Shown here one piece after another: positions 8,591-17,083 of a DNA stretch of 50,031 nt. Positions within the stretch are counted from its first letter, which is position 1. Every line of letters begins with the position of its first letter. The position numbers and the translations under genes are program-made. The stretch spans positions 1 to 50,031 of IMG/VR virus record IMGVR_UViG_3300017985_000024; one strand, written 5' to 3'. Origin of the DNA: a virus (lineage: Duplodnaviria > Caudoviricetes). The notes beneath the pieces are model-generated. The model did not search any database, was not told where the DNA came from, and worked only from the letters and a program-made list of their open reading frames with translations.

Positions 8591-8620
8591 CGTGCCTCCA
8601 ACCCCAGAAAGGAAGCACAC

Positions 8621-9418
8621 ATGAGCGAGAAGCAAGTTGCTCAGAAGGTTTTGAGTAGTACCGCTGGAATGTCTGCGCAAGCAGTTCGGCTTCAGTTGGC
8701 CCTGCTTGCGGGATATGACAGAAATGACATTGACCGCTTGGCGCGAGTGCTCGGCGCATCCAAGAGGTCTGTCTACCGCTGGCTGCAAGAGATTGACAGT
8801 TCTGTCACACCCAACGCTGGATTCAGAACTCCGCTGGAATCTCTTGCTCGTGATGCAGAGGAAATTGCCAATCAGGCCCGCGAAATCGCTGCGTCAGATT
8901 TGGCAGAGGAAACTCCCCTTCCCCCCCACACCCCCCCTACCCCTAAAAACCTAACTTCTCCCCCCCCTATAGTCCCCCCCCGCCGTCAACGGCGGTCCTC
9001 AAAGTTCACCGCTGAGGAAATGGCGATGGTCAGCGCGATTGTCGAAGAATGCAACGTGCTCTGGGGAAAGCGGTTCTCGCCGGACGCTCATGCGAACTAC
9101 ATTATTCGGCGTATTCGCAAGTTCCCAGATGTGTCGCTTGACGAGCATCTTGCCATCATCCGGGCAGCAACAGAGCGGCCTTGGTGGGACGGCGAGCCGT
9201 CACCAAGGGTCATTTACAGCAGGGACGACCTCTTCGATTCGATGAGGCAAAGCCACGGCACAGCACCAAGGAAAACGTCATCTGCGCAGTCCCGTGAGGC
9301 TCGCCAAAGGGAACTTCTTGGTATTTCAAACGTCACCTTGGAGGTGAGCAGTGACCATTCAGAAAATCGCAGTTCTACTGGAATCGCACTGGCCCGGCCT
9401 GCAAGTGACGGAGGTTGA
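8621..9418 (+). CDS. Phage replication initiator (HTH + Pro-rich linker + C-terminal domain)
   Basis: LARVLGASKRSVYRWL HTH; TPLPPHTPPTP...PPIVPP linker; SPRVIY...FDS C-terminal motif; followed by a loader-like gene. Confidence 0.72.
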   Translation: MSEKQVAQKVLSSTAGMSAQAVRLQLALLAGYDRNDIDRLARVLGASKRSVYRWLQEIDSSVTPNAGFRTPLESLARDAEEIANQAREIAASDLAEETPLPPHTPPTPKNLTSPPPIVPPRRQRRSSKFTAEEMAMVSAIVEECNVLWGKRFSPDAHANYIIRRIRKFPDVSLDEHLAIIRAATERPWWDGEPSPRVIYSRDDLFDSMRQSHGTAPRKTSSAQSREARQRELLGISNVTLEVSSDHSENRSSTGIALARPASDGG

Positions 9419-9683
9419 TATGGCCGCGCTCTCAGAGGCTTTTAAGAGGTATTCGGTCACATACGACGAGGCCGTAGACGCTATTTTTGCTATCGCGAAC
9501 GATGGGGAAAGGTACCAGCCACGGGCACCACAGATTCTTTCTAAGGTGCGCGATATTCGTCGTGAACGTGCCCGCGAAAGGTCTTTTGACCGTGCGCTAG
9601 AGCGCGGGAATGAGACGCGAATGCCAACAGACGAACTAAAAGCACAAGTAAAGGATTTGTTGAAAAAGATAAAGAGTGTCTAA
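9351..9683 (+). CDS. Helicase loader/inhibitor (G39P-like)
   Basis: YDEAVDAI...RYQPRAPQIL motif; directly after the initiator; GGAGG RBS. Confidence 0.6.
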   Translation: MTIQKIAVLLESHWPGLQVTEVDMAALSEAFKRYSVTYDEAVDAIFAIANDGERYQPRAPQILSKVRDIRRERARERSFDRALERGNETRMPTDELKAQVKDLLKKIKSV

Positions 9684-9855
9684 TAGCAGATACGCAATAA
9701 AAAGTCTCTACTACGAGGTAGTCGCTTAAATGTTCAGACTAAGTAGGATGTTGCGTATCACTACTTGGAGGTTTGTTTTGCCAGCGGTAAGCCGTGCTCG
9801 TGACGGTATTACTACCGTCGCAAGCAACTGGAAGGCTTGGCGGTCGTTCATCAAG

Positions 9856-9987
9856 ATGATTCTTTCGCGACCATGCAATAAATGTTCTGGCGAAGGTGTC
9901 ATTTACTGGGCAATTGATGGATGGCATTCAGAACAGTGCACGAAGTGCAATGGAACTGGCGTTAGGGTAATGGTGAATTTCTTTTGA
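9856..9987 (+). CDS. Small DnaJ-type zinc-finger protein
   Basis: CNKCSGEG...CTKCNGTG; start uncertain (frame is open from 9730). Confidence 0.55.
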   Translation: MILSRPCNKCSGEGVIYWAIDGWHSEQCTKCNGTGVRVMVNFF

Positions 9988-10313
9988 ATCTACGAGTCAT
10001 ACCAGACCCCGAAGACGAGTCGCTTAGTTCATTCGTCTTCCTATGCAATCACTGCGACAAGCCCATCAAGAACATCCATAAAGGTGTTATTCGATGGTTT
10101 GATGACTCTGGTCATATCGTGGTTGCGCATAAGGGAAGGTGTGACGTTGCCCTTAAGGAAGTTGTCGGTGACCTTCCATCAGTTGATATTGGTGTCATGG
10201 CCATCTGTATGGTTGCCAATCTCGGGGTTGAAACCCGTCAAGATTGGCTAGAAATCTGGGATGAAAATATCTCGGACGTAGAAACATACGACGCAGAAGA
10301 CTGCGAAGAATAA
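9984..10313 (+). CDS. Hypothetical metal-binding protein
   Basis: CNHC...HKGRC; TTGA overlap with upstream stop. Confidence 0.6.
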   Translation: MNLRVIPDPEDESLSSFVFLCNHCDKPIKNIHKGVIRWFDDSGHIVVAHKGRCDVALKEVVGDLPSVDIGVMAICMVANLGVETRQDWLEIWDENISDVETYDAEDCEE

Positions 10314-10379
10314 GCGCATGAATTTAGCGCTGACCAGCATGTGGACCGCTGGTGACCTGTAGGCAATCAAGGAGGCTGT

Positions 10380-10844
10380 ATGCTAAAGCCGATTATTGTG
10401 TTCTCAACTATTGCTGCTATCTGTATTGCACCATCGTCTCTATCCGCTAAGCCCTGCCACAAGCACAAGATTAACCCGGAAAGTGGAGTCTCTAAGAGCC
10501 AGTGTCTTAAGGCTTACAAAAAGCAGAAGGCGCGTGACAAGATTAAGTATCCTCTCAACCCCACTATGCGCGACCTAAAGAAGCGCGTCCCAGACTGGTG
10601 GAACTTTGTGAAGTTGGGTAGGTGCGAGCAGCCCGGAAGCGGAAAGTACGGCGTTAATTGGTCGCATCAGGGGCCAACGTGGGGCGGGGGTCTTGGTATT
10701 TACAAGACTTCTTGGAACATCGCTAAGTCGCCGTACAAGCGCTGGTCGGGTTCAATGGTCGAAACCATTCTTGTCGCGGACGCTATCCGTGACCGATACA
10801 GCATTAAGTCCGCTTGGGGAGCATGGAGGTGCTTCTATGCCTGA
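10380..10844 (+). CDS. Secreted Rpf-like (resuscitation-promoting factor) lytic transglycosylase
   Basis: Signal peptide; KLGRCEQ...VNWSHQGPTWGGGLGIYKTSW...ETILVA...WGAWRC aligns by eye to Rpf LAQCESGGNW...YYGGLQF..STW...EQIAVA...WGAWP.C; AAGGAGG RBS. Confidence 0.72.
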   Translation: MLKPIIVFSTIAAICIAPSSLSAKPCHKHKINPESGVSKSQCLKAYKKQKARDKIKYPLNPTMRDLKKRVPDWWNFVKLGRCEQPGSGKYGVNWSHQGPTWGGGLGIYKTSWNIAKSPYKRWSGSMVETILVADAIRDRYSIKSAWGAWRCFYA

Positions 10845-11052
10845 GCCTGAAATGGTTTCTCTTTCTAAGAAGTTGATGGAGAGAAACCAGTCGGGCGACG
10901 ATGATGGGATGCTTGCCATTATCGCTGAGTTGTGGCCTATGCTTCAGTCAGAGTTTGAGAAGACGCTCTCAGACAAAGACACTAGGACATTGACTTATGC
11001 TGCACCACAAATTGCCTCTCTTGCGGAGCGCGTAGGGTGGCTGAGGAAGTAG
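10837..11052 (+). CDS. Hypothetical protein
   Basis: ATG at 10837 after GGAGGT. Confidence 0.6.
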   Translation: MPEPEMVSLSKKLMERNQSGDDDGMLAIIAELWPMLQSEFEKTLSDKDTRTLTYAAPQIASLAERVGWLRK

Positions 11053-11222
11053 AACGCGAAATTAAGGAACTCCACAAGATGTATCTTGCTCGGGTTCCTT
11101 TCAGCCAATATAAGCACGCGCTTATTATGCTGAACGAGGCAGAAACTTCTGGCGACGGAGAGCGTATCGCTGATGCGCTCTCCGTCGCAGAAGAGTTCAG
11201 AGTTGTCAGAACAAAAAAGTAA
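11037..11222 (+). CDS. Hypothetical protein
   Basis: GTG start after GGAG, overlapping neighbours. Confidence 0.5.
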   Translation: MAEEVEREIKELHKMYLARVPFSQYKHALIMLNEAETSGDGERIADALSVAEEFRVVRTKK

Positions 11223-11514
11223 CGACCACGCCCTTCCAGAAATTGACCAATCGTTGGTCAATAAAGTGGTCTATATGTATTCAAAGCACAGTGACGCGGA
11301 GTGGAGCGCGGGATTCTGCGCTGTCTACCTTGGCCTTGCCGGTCCCGAAGACGACTGCCCACCAGAAGTTATGAATGCAATCGCATACTTGGTCGTTCAT
11401 GGCCTTATTAGGCCGCGTGACCATAAGAATGGTATTACATTCTATCGCTGGGTAAATAAACATGGCGAAGGTGTAAACGAAAGTGCGTCAGAGCAGTCTC
11501 ACCTTTTCGATTAA
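11173..11514 (+). CDS. Hypothetical protein (possible winged helix)
   Basis: EVMNAIAYLVVHGLIR...TFYRW; start uncertain. Confidence 0.5.
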   Translation: MRSPSQKSSELSEQKSNDHALPEIDQSLVNKVVYMYSKHSDAEWSAGFCAVYLGLAGPEDDCPPEVMNAIAYLVVHGLIRPRDHKNGITFYRWVNKHGEGVNESASEQSHLFD

Positions 11515-11923
11515 CATGGCTCCGCAGGGCAAAGACAGGCCGCGTTTTGCCCGAACGAACTCTGGCCATGTTCGGACCTATAACACTCGCAAGACGCAGT
11601 ACGCAGAGCAAATGATTCGCGCTGCATGGAATGATGCAGGGGCAATTACGCTCAACAACGGCCCTGTTGAATTGACGATTATTGCCTACCTGCAACGCCC
11701 AAAGAACCATTTCCGCGCATCTGGGCAATTGTCTGCTGCTGGCGAAAGGTCAGAGCATCCTACGAAAAAGCCAGACGCTTCTAACATCGCAAAACTTGTA
11801 GAAGATGCGCTTAACAAGTGTGCTTGGGAAGACGACTCGCAGGTTGTTGACCTGATTATCAAAAAGAGGTGGGCCTTCTATGGCCAGCCACCTCATATCA
11901 AAGTCGTAGCAAGCAATATATGA
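11483..11923 (+). CDS. rusA: RusA Holliday junction resolvase
   Basis: PQGKDRPRF...KKPDASNIAKLVEDALN...DDSQVV. Confidence 0.92.
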   Translation: MRQSSLTFSINMAPQGKDRPRFARTNSGHVRTYNTRKTQYAEQMIRAAWNDAGAITLNNGPVELTIIAYLQRPKNHFRASGQLSAAGERSEHPTKKPDASNIAKLVEDALNKCAWEDDSQVVDLIIKKRWAFYGQPPHIKVVASNI

Positions 11924-12957
11924 ACATCTTGGGCATTGACCCACACGACTACCAGAAGTTGTGGGAGCAAACTCAACTTGCAGCAAGGGCTGCCGACCTT
12001 GGGCCTGTCGAAAGGGCAATGCTGTGGCGAGAGACGAGCCGTGGGGACGACTGGCACGAAATGCCAGTTCCAATGGACTACTTTCTTACGGACGCATATT
12101 ATTTTGGTGCTGGCCTTAACCTGCGCGAAGCGATTGGCGATGTTCTCCAAGAGTTTTGGAAGATTGACTCAAACTACGAACTCTGGGTATTCATTGCTGG
12201 TATTGGTACGGGGAAGTCTTTCTCCGGTGCGCTCTCTATCGCGTATGCCCTCTATCTTCTTTCTTGCGTAAAGCGACCTGCACGTTACTTCTCTCGGTTC
12301 CCCGGTGTATCTCTTTCTGAAGACTCTGAGATTGTCGTCTTGAACGCATCTGCTGCTGGCGCTGAACAGGCGTCAAAGGTTGTCTTTGGTGACGTTGTTG
12401 AGAGGATTATCAACTCTCCATACTTTGCTGACCACTACGCACCGAACGACCGGGTAAGAAGCGAACTGCTGTTCCCTAACCGAATTAGGTTTTCCCCCGG
12501 AACAAGCAGGTGGCAGTCTGCTCTTGGTTGGAACGTCTTTGGTTTCATCGTTGACGAGGCCGCGTTCGGTGTCGAATCACGACGCGCAGACTATGTTGGC
12601 GAACTTTTTAAGGCGCTCAACCAGCGTCGCCGCTCTAGGTTTGGGTCACTTGGATTTGGCGCACTTCTTACGTCGCCATCGCACGACCAAGCATTCGTTG
12701 AGTCTTTGGCCCGGCAGGGAACAACGTGGGATAACACCATGCTCGTTACCCGCATGAGCACATGGGACGCGAAGGGAGAAATCAAAGAAGGAGAAAAAGT
12801 CTTTCTCTTTGACAGGCACCCGAACAGAATGCGAATTATTAAGACTGGTCTGATTTACAAAGAGCCGGGTGTCGTGATTGACGAGGACGGAAACGAAATT
12901 CGTTACCGGTCTGAAATCAACGAGCCAAGCCCAATGTTGGAGGCTGGTAGTGGCTGA
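11920..12957 (+). CDS. terL: Terminase large subunit, ATPase domain (separate gene)
   Basis: ATGA overlap with rusA; Walker A AGIGTGKS; Walker B GFIVDEAAF; coupling motif LLTSP. Confidence 0.85.
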   Translation: MNILGIDPHDYQKLWEQTQLAARAADLGPVERAMLWRETSRGDDWHEMPVPMDYFLTDAYYFGAGLNLREAIGDVLQEFWKIDSNYELWVFIAGIGTGKSFSGALSIAYALYLLSCVKRPARYFSRFPGVSLSEDSEIVVLNASAAGAEQASKVVFGDVVERIINSPYFADHYAPNDRVRSELLFPNRIRFSPGTSRWQSALGWNVFGFIVDEAAFGVESRRADYVGELFKALNQRRRSRFGSLGFGALLTSPSHDQAFVESLARQGTTWDNTMLVTRMSTWDAKGEIKEGEKVFLFDRHPNRMRIIKTGLIYKEPGVVIDEDGNEIRYRSEINEPSPMLEAGSG

Positions 12958-13990
12958 GGGGCTAGAAGGGCTAGACATTATCGCTGTCCCTGAGTCTTAC
13001 ATGGCGGAGTTCCGCCGTGACCCGACCGACTCAATGCTTAAGTATGGTGCTCTGCCAACTCGCGCAAGAAGCCCATTCTTTACCGACCCGGAAAAGATTG
13101 AGTCCGCAGCACAGTTGCCCAACTTTGTCACCGGTGCTTTGGCTACTAAGCGAGTCCACCCGCAGAACTCAGAAATTGAGTGGAACGCTGGTGTAGCGCA
13201 CCCCACAGAAGACGCTCTTCTTGGTGCGCTAAACCCGGATATGCTGCAAATGCGGAACGACTGGAACGGTGCCGCTTGGCACGTTCATGTTGACCCCGGT
13301 CTTAACCGTGGGCGGAAGGGCGATGCCGCAGGTATTGCGGTCGGGAGGATTCTTGACCAAGCGGCTGTTGAGGTCGGCTCTGACTACCGCGTCGTAAATC
13401 GTTTTGTTGTCCCAATAGTCATGCAGATTGTCGCACCAGAAGCCGGAGAAATCTTTCTTACTTCAATTACCCGCTTTATTCTGCAAATGCGAGGCTATCT
13501 GGGTATCAACATTTCTTCTTTCTCATACGACTCGTTCCAGTCGGCAGGCGCAATTCAGGAACTTTCCGGCGCAGGTATGGTGACTGCCGGGATGCAGTGG
13601 GACGATTATGGGCAAAGACTTGAAGGTCTTGGTAAGCCGTTCTCAGTTGATAGAACAGTCAATGCGTACCAAGAACTGAAAGAGGCCACTAACGAAGGTC
13701 GTATCCTTTTACCCGATTATTGGCCTCTTAAGTCAGAACTTGAGAGGCTTGAAGACATACCGGGGCGTGCCCCAGACCACCCTGTTGGCGGCTCAAAAGA
13801 CTGCTCTGACGCCGTTGCTGGCGTAGTTGGGTACCTATCTCAATACGGGCACGCTGTTACAACCTCTGGTTTTCAAGCAACTGTGGGTAACAACCAGCAA
13901 ATTGGTCCAGATATGCAGGCCGCAGAACTCATTAAACTTCTTAACGAAATGGGAAGCGATGACCCTCCTGCCATGCTGGCTATTGACTGA
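12950..13990 (+). CDS. terL: Terminase large subunit, RNase H-like nuclease domain (separate gene)
   Basis: GTG at 12950 after GGAGG; HVHVDPG...GDAAGIA, SYDSFQS, DHPVGGSKDCSDAVAG. Confidence 0.85.
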   Translation: MAEGLEGLDIIAVPESYMAEFRRDPTDSMLKYGALPTRARSPFFTDPEKIESAAQLPNFVTGALATKRVHPQNSEIEWNAGVAHPTEDALLGALNPDMLQMRNDWNGAAWHVHVDPGLNRGRKGDAAGIAVGRILDQAAVEVGSDYRVVNRFVVPIVMQIVAPEAGEIFLTSITRFILQMRGYLGINISSFSYDSFQSAGAIQELSGAGMVTAGMQWDDYGQRLEGLGKPFSVDRTVNAYQELKEATNEGRILLPDYWPLKSELERLEDIPGRAPDHPVGGSKDCSDAVAGVVGYLSQYGHAVTTSGFQATVGNNQQIGPDMQAAELIKLLNEMGSDDPPAMLAID

Positions 13991-14010
13991 CAACGGGGTA
14001 GAATAAGCAA

Positions 14011-14349
14011 ATGGCTCCTAAAATTACTTGTCCAGCCGGTTCCTACCACGAGAAGGATGGTAAGGCTGGCGTACAGTGTAAGATTGAAGACTCTTTCCTT
14101 TCCTTCCGCGACAACCCTAAGTCGTTGCTCCGTTGGTGCTCTGACGAGTATCACCGCTGTCCGGTTTGGATTGCAGAGAAAGAGAACGACCCTGCCGTTG
14201 ATAAGGCGCAGGGGAAGACGCCTATGACCAACTGCCCGGAATGTGGTGGTACCGGAATCGAAAAGGTTGAGCGGCTTGTGTCAGGGCTGTTTATCCCCGA
14301 CGAAGTTCGGTGTGATGGCTGTGTCGGCTCTGGGAAGGTTCCCGTTTAA
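14011..14349 (+). CDS. Cys-rich zinc-finger protein
   Basis: CP...C...C...CP plus CPECGGTG...CDGCVGSG; lies between terminase and portal. Confidence 0.65.
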   Translation: MAPKITCPAGSYHEKDGKAGVQCKIEDSFLSFRDNPKSLLRWCSDEYHRCPVWIAEKENDPAVDKAQGKTPMTNCPECGGTGIEKVERLVSGLFIPDEVRCDGCVGSGKVPV

Positions 14350-16058
14350 TGGGCGTTTTTGATTTCTTTCGCGACTCTCCTGAGATTAACGGTGAGTCTG
14401 CTATTGACGAACTTGAGAAGCAGATTGAGGCTCTTACTGAAGCCTCTTATCTTGACCAAGCCGCTAACCGAATGTTGGAGCGAAGGCTTGAAGACCTGAC
14501 GTACAGGTTCTTTGATATGGCTGTCGCTAATTCAGACGACTTGCCAGACAATCGTCGTAGGATTATCCGTCGTGCCTATAGGTATTGGGCAGAAGACCCC
14601 ATTGTTGGCCAGTCTCTTAATCTTTTGACTTGGTACACCTTTGGTCGTGGTGTCCCAATGCCGACGATTCCTGACTACGTTGAGTTGGAAGACGCGCAGA
14701 GAAAGGACGCCGAAGCCGCTATTAAGCGCTTCTGGCAGTCAGCAGAGAATCAGGCCACGCTTTGCACCTTGCAGGCTCAGGAGCAGAAGAGCCTTGAGTT
14801 GCAGATTGAGGGCGAAGTCTTCATCGCGATGTTTGACAGCGATGATGGGCTTGTCCTGTCTGATATTGACCCAATTGAAATCAGTAACGTAATTGTCTCT
14901 ACAGACAACCGTAAGATGCCTCTGTATTACGAGCGCACTTATTACCCAGCGAAGTATGACTTCAAGACTCGTTCTTACCAGCCTTCAAAGAAGAAGGTAA
15001 TTAAGTATTACAAGCATTGGCGGAACGAGCCGGGGAACAACGACCCGAAGCCGCCCGCTTCACTTCTTGACGGCAGCGCACGCATCATGCACGTTGCCGT
15101 AAACCACACCTCTAATCAGACTCGTGGTAACTCTGAGGTCAGAAGGATTCTTGAGTGGGCGAAGGGGTTCCGTGAGTTCATGGAATCGCGGCTTGCGGTT
15201 GCACGGGAAATCAACCGTCTTGCCCGCGTCGTCAAGGTGGACGGTGGTCCGAGCGAGTTGGCGAAGGTCATTTCGCAGTTCAAGGCGTCGGACCCGCTGA
15301 ACCTTACTCAGGTTCCTCTTATTGACCCGCAGATTGCTCAGCCGCAGGCAGCAACGATGTTTAGGACGCCCAATGTAAACATTGAGCCGAATACATTTGA
15401 GACTGGTGCTGGCGTTGCTCAGTCTGACAAGGCTTCTTTCCTTGGTCAGATTGCTGCCGGGACTGGCTGGCCTTCGCACTACCTTGGTGGCGACGGCTCC
15501 GCTTCTCTGGCAAATATGACGGCAATGGAGTTGCCCATCCTTAAGATGGTCGAAGCCCGTCAGGAGTTGTGGGAAAGCGTAATTCGTAATATTACGAAGG
15601 AAGCGCTTGTGCGTGCTGGGTTCGATGATATTGAGCCTGAAGTGACGATGCCGCCAATCTTGCAGAGGGATACTTCGGCGCTTGCCGGTGCTCTTCAGGC
15701 TATGGTCGCAGTTATTGACCCGCAGCAGGAGAATATGTCCGTTAAGCGCTGGGCTACCAGCCAGTTCTTGTCGTTGTTCGGTGAGAACAATGTTCAGGAG
15801 CGGACAAACGAGATTATTAATGAGGCCATCAACCTGCTTGAAGACCAAGCAGAGGCAGAGGCAGCGACCGCGCAGCAGCAGGCTGAACAGATTCAGCAGC
15901 AGCAGGCCGAGCAGCAGGGGAACCTTGCCGTCCCTGACGACGTAAATCGTCAGACCAATGCGAGCAGGATGGGCAGAACGCCATACGGCTCTCCGTCCGC
16001 TGAGACGATGGCCGACAACCTTGCCGACCCAACTAGGACCGACCCGCGTAATCAGTGA
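14349..16058 (+). CDS. Portal protein
   Basis: 569 aa after terL; DPIVGQSLNL...FGRG, IEGEVFI, RGNSE..IL.W, GWPSHYLG...ANMTAME motifs; Gln-rich tail. Confidence 0.85.
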   Translation: MGVFDFFRDSPEINGESAIDELEKQIEALTEASYLDQAANRMLERRLEDLTYRFFDMAVANSDDLPDNRRRIIRRAYRYWAEDPIVGQSLNLLTWYTFGRGVPMPTIPDYVELEDAQRKDAEAAIKRFWQSAENQATLCTLQAQEQKSLELQIEGEVFIAMFDSDDGLVLSDIDPIEISNVIVSTDNRKMPLYYERTYYPAKYDFKTRSYQPSKKKVIKYYKHWRNEPGNNDPKPPASLLDGSARIMHVAVNHTSNQTRGNSEVRRILEWAKGFREFMESRLAVAREINRLARVVKVDGGPSELAKVISQFKASDPLNLTQVPLIDPQIAQPQAATMFRTPNVNIEPNTFETGAGVAQSDKASFLGQIAAGTGWPSHYLGGDGSASLANMTAMELPILKMVEARQELWESVIRNITKEALVRAGFDDIEPEVTMPPILQRDTSALAGALQAMVAVIDPQQENMSVKRWATSQFLSLFGENNVQERTNEIINEAINLLEDQAEAEAATAQQQAEQIQQQQAEQQGNLAVPDDVNRQTNASRMGRTPYGSPSAETMADNLADPTRTDPRNQ

Positions 16059-17011
16059 CGCCGCCTAAGCGCTTCATAGAAAAGCAGGAGAGAATAGAGC
16101 AGTTGCGGCGCAAGCAGTTTGCTCGCAACTCAGCGAAGCGCGTGAGGAAGGCTGACAGGTCGGGAATCCCACGGGACACGAGCATCGCTCGCGAACAGCA
16201 GTATTTCTCTCAGCACGTTAAGGCGTCTTCTACGAGGATGCAGTACGCAGAAGAGTTGGATTTTGTAGAAGACGACTCGCCTCGCGGTGGTTACTGGATT
16301 CTTGGACCAACAAAGACTCATACGCCCGACTGCGTTGCTATGTCTGGCAAGAACTGGTCGTGGAAGACTCTTAGAAAAATCAATCCAATGAATCGCCACA
16401 CAGGATGTGGATGCTCAATTATTCCTTGGAGAGAAGGTAAGCCAATCGGAGAAAATACATTGAGCAACGATGAGTTGAGAAACATCCAACTTTCCGAGTC
16501 GCGTCTTGGCGGGTCCATGGGCGGGAAAGACCCGAGGAAGTATGGAAAGATTCGTTCTATTGTCAGGACGTTTGGTAAGTGGGCTGGCGGAAAGCAGTCA
16601 ATTTGCGCGAAGCGTCTTGCTGTTGAGCACCCTGAGATTTGTCGTGGGAACTGCAACGCGCTGTGCGCTTGGCTTAAGGACCAGTGGGCAGGCACTACTA
16701 AGTGGCGCGGGACTGGTCCTAAGCAGAAGGCAGAAGACGCTGCAATCCGTGCAAAGGCTTACGCAAAGAACGCTCGCTTTATGCTTTCCGCAGACCCGCC
16801 CCTGACTGATGATGGGCTTGACGCTCTCTATGAACTTGCAAAGCAGGAGCGCGGGCTGGGCAGCATTCTTAATGAGGCTTACGAGGACGCAAGAGAGCGT
16901 GGAACGCTAGACGCCACAGTCGCCCTTATGGAGTCTGATGTTGCAGAAGGCAGCATTGGTGAAGACGAAATGCTGGCAATCCTTGAGCGTCTAGACGCTG
17001 ATATCTGCTAG
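16055..17011 (+). CDS. MuF/gp7-like minor head protein with an extra Cys/Trp domain
   Basis: Follows portal; HTPDC...HTGCGCSIIP MuF-like motif; then C...ALCAWLKDQWAGTTKWRG domain and acidic tail. Confidence 0.62.
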   Translation: MTPPKRFIEKQERIEQLRRKQFARNSAKRVRKADRSGIPRDTSIAREQQYFSQHVKASSTRMQYAEELDFVEDDSPRGGYWILGPTKTHTPDCVAMSGKNWSWKTLRKINPMNRHTGCGCSIIPWREGKPIGENTLSNDELRNIQLSESRLGGSMGGKDPRKYGKIRSIVRTFGKWAGGKQSICAKRLAVEHPEICRGNCNALCAWLKDQWAGTTKWRGTGPKQKAEDAAIRAKAYAKNARFMLSADPPLTDDGLDALYELAKQERGLGSILNEAYEDARERGTLDATVALMESDVAEGSIGEDEMLAILERLDADIC

Positions 17012-17040
17012 GCTATGCAAAGCCTCTACCGCACACCCCA

Positions 17041-17083
17041 GTAGAAAGCAGAAGGCCCCGTCAGGGGCCTTCTGTGTTTCTGC
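17041..17083. terminator. Bidirectional terminator at the junction of the two arms
   Basis: GTAGAAA-GCAGAAGGCCCC-GTCA-GGGGCCTTCTGT-G-TTTCTGC; the loop contains the stop codon of the 17061 gene. Confidence 0.75.

Noticed and set aside
9684-9855. Stop-codon readthrough or alternative genetic code in a poorly coding stretch
   Set aside because: All recognisable genes are intact under code 11 and use TAA, TAG and TGA as stops
10314-10379. c-di-AMP (ydaO) riboswitch upstream of the Rpf-like gene
   Set aside because: The spacer is only ~65 nt with one small hairpin and lacks recognisable ydaO consensus elements
12878-12957. Intron or intein interrupting terL
   Set aside because: The two halves overlap directly with no intervening sequence, homing endonuclease or intein motifs
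15850-15920. CAG-rich tandem repeat
   Set aside because: Encodes the Gln/Ala-rich low-complexity tail of the portal; not an independent repeat element
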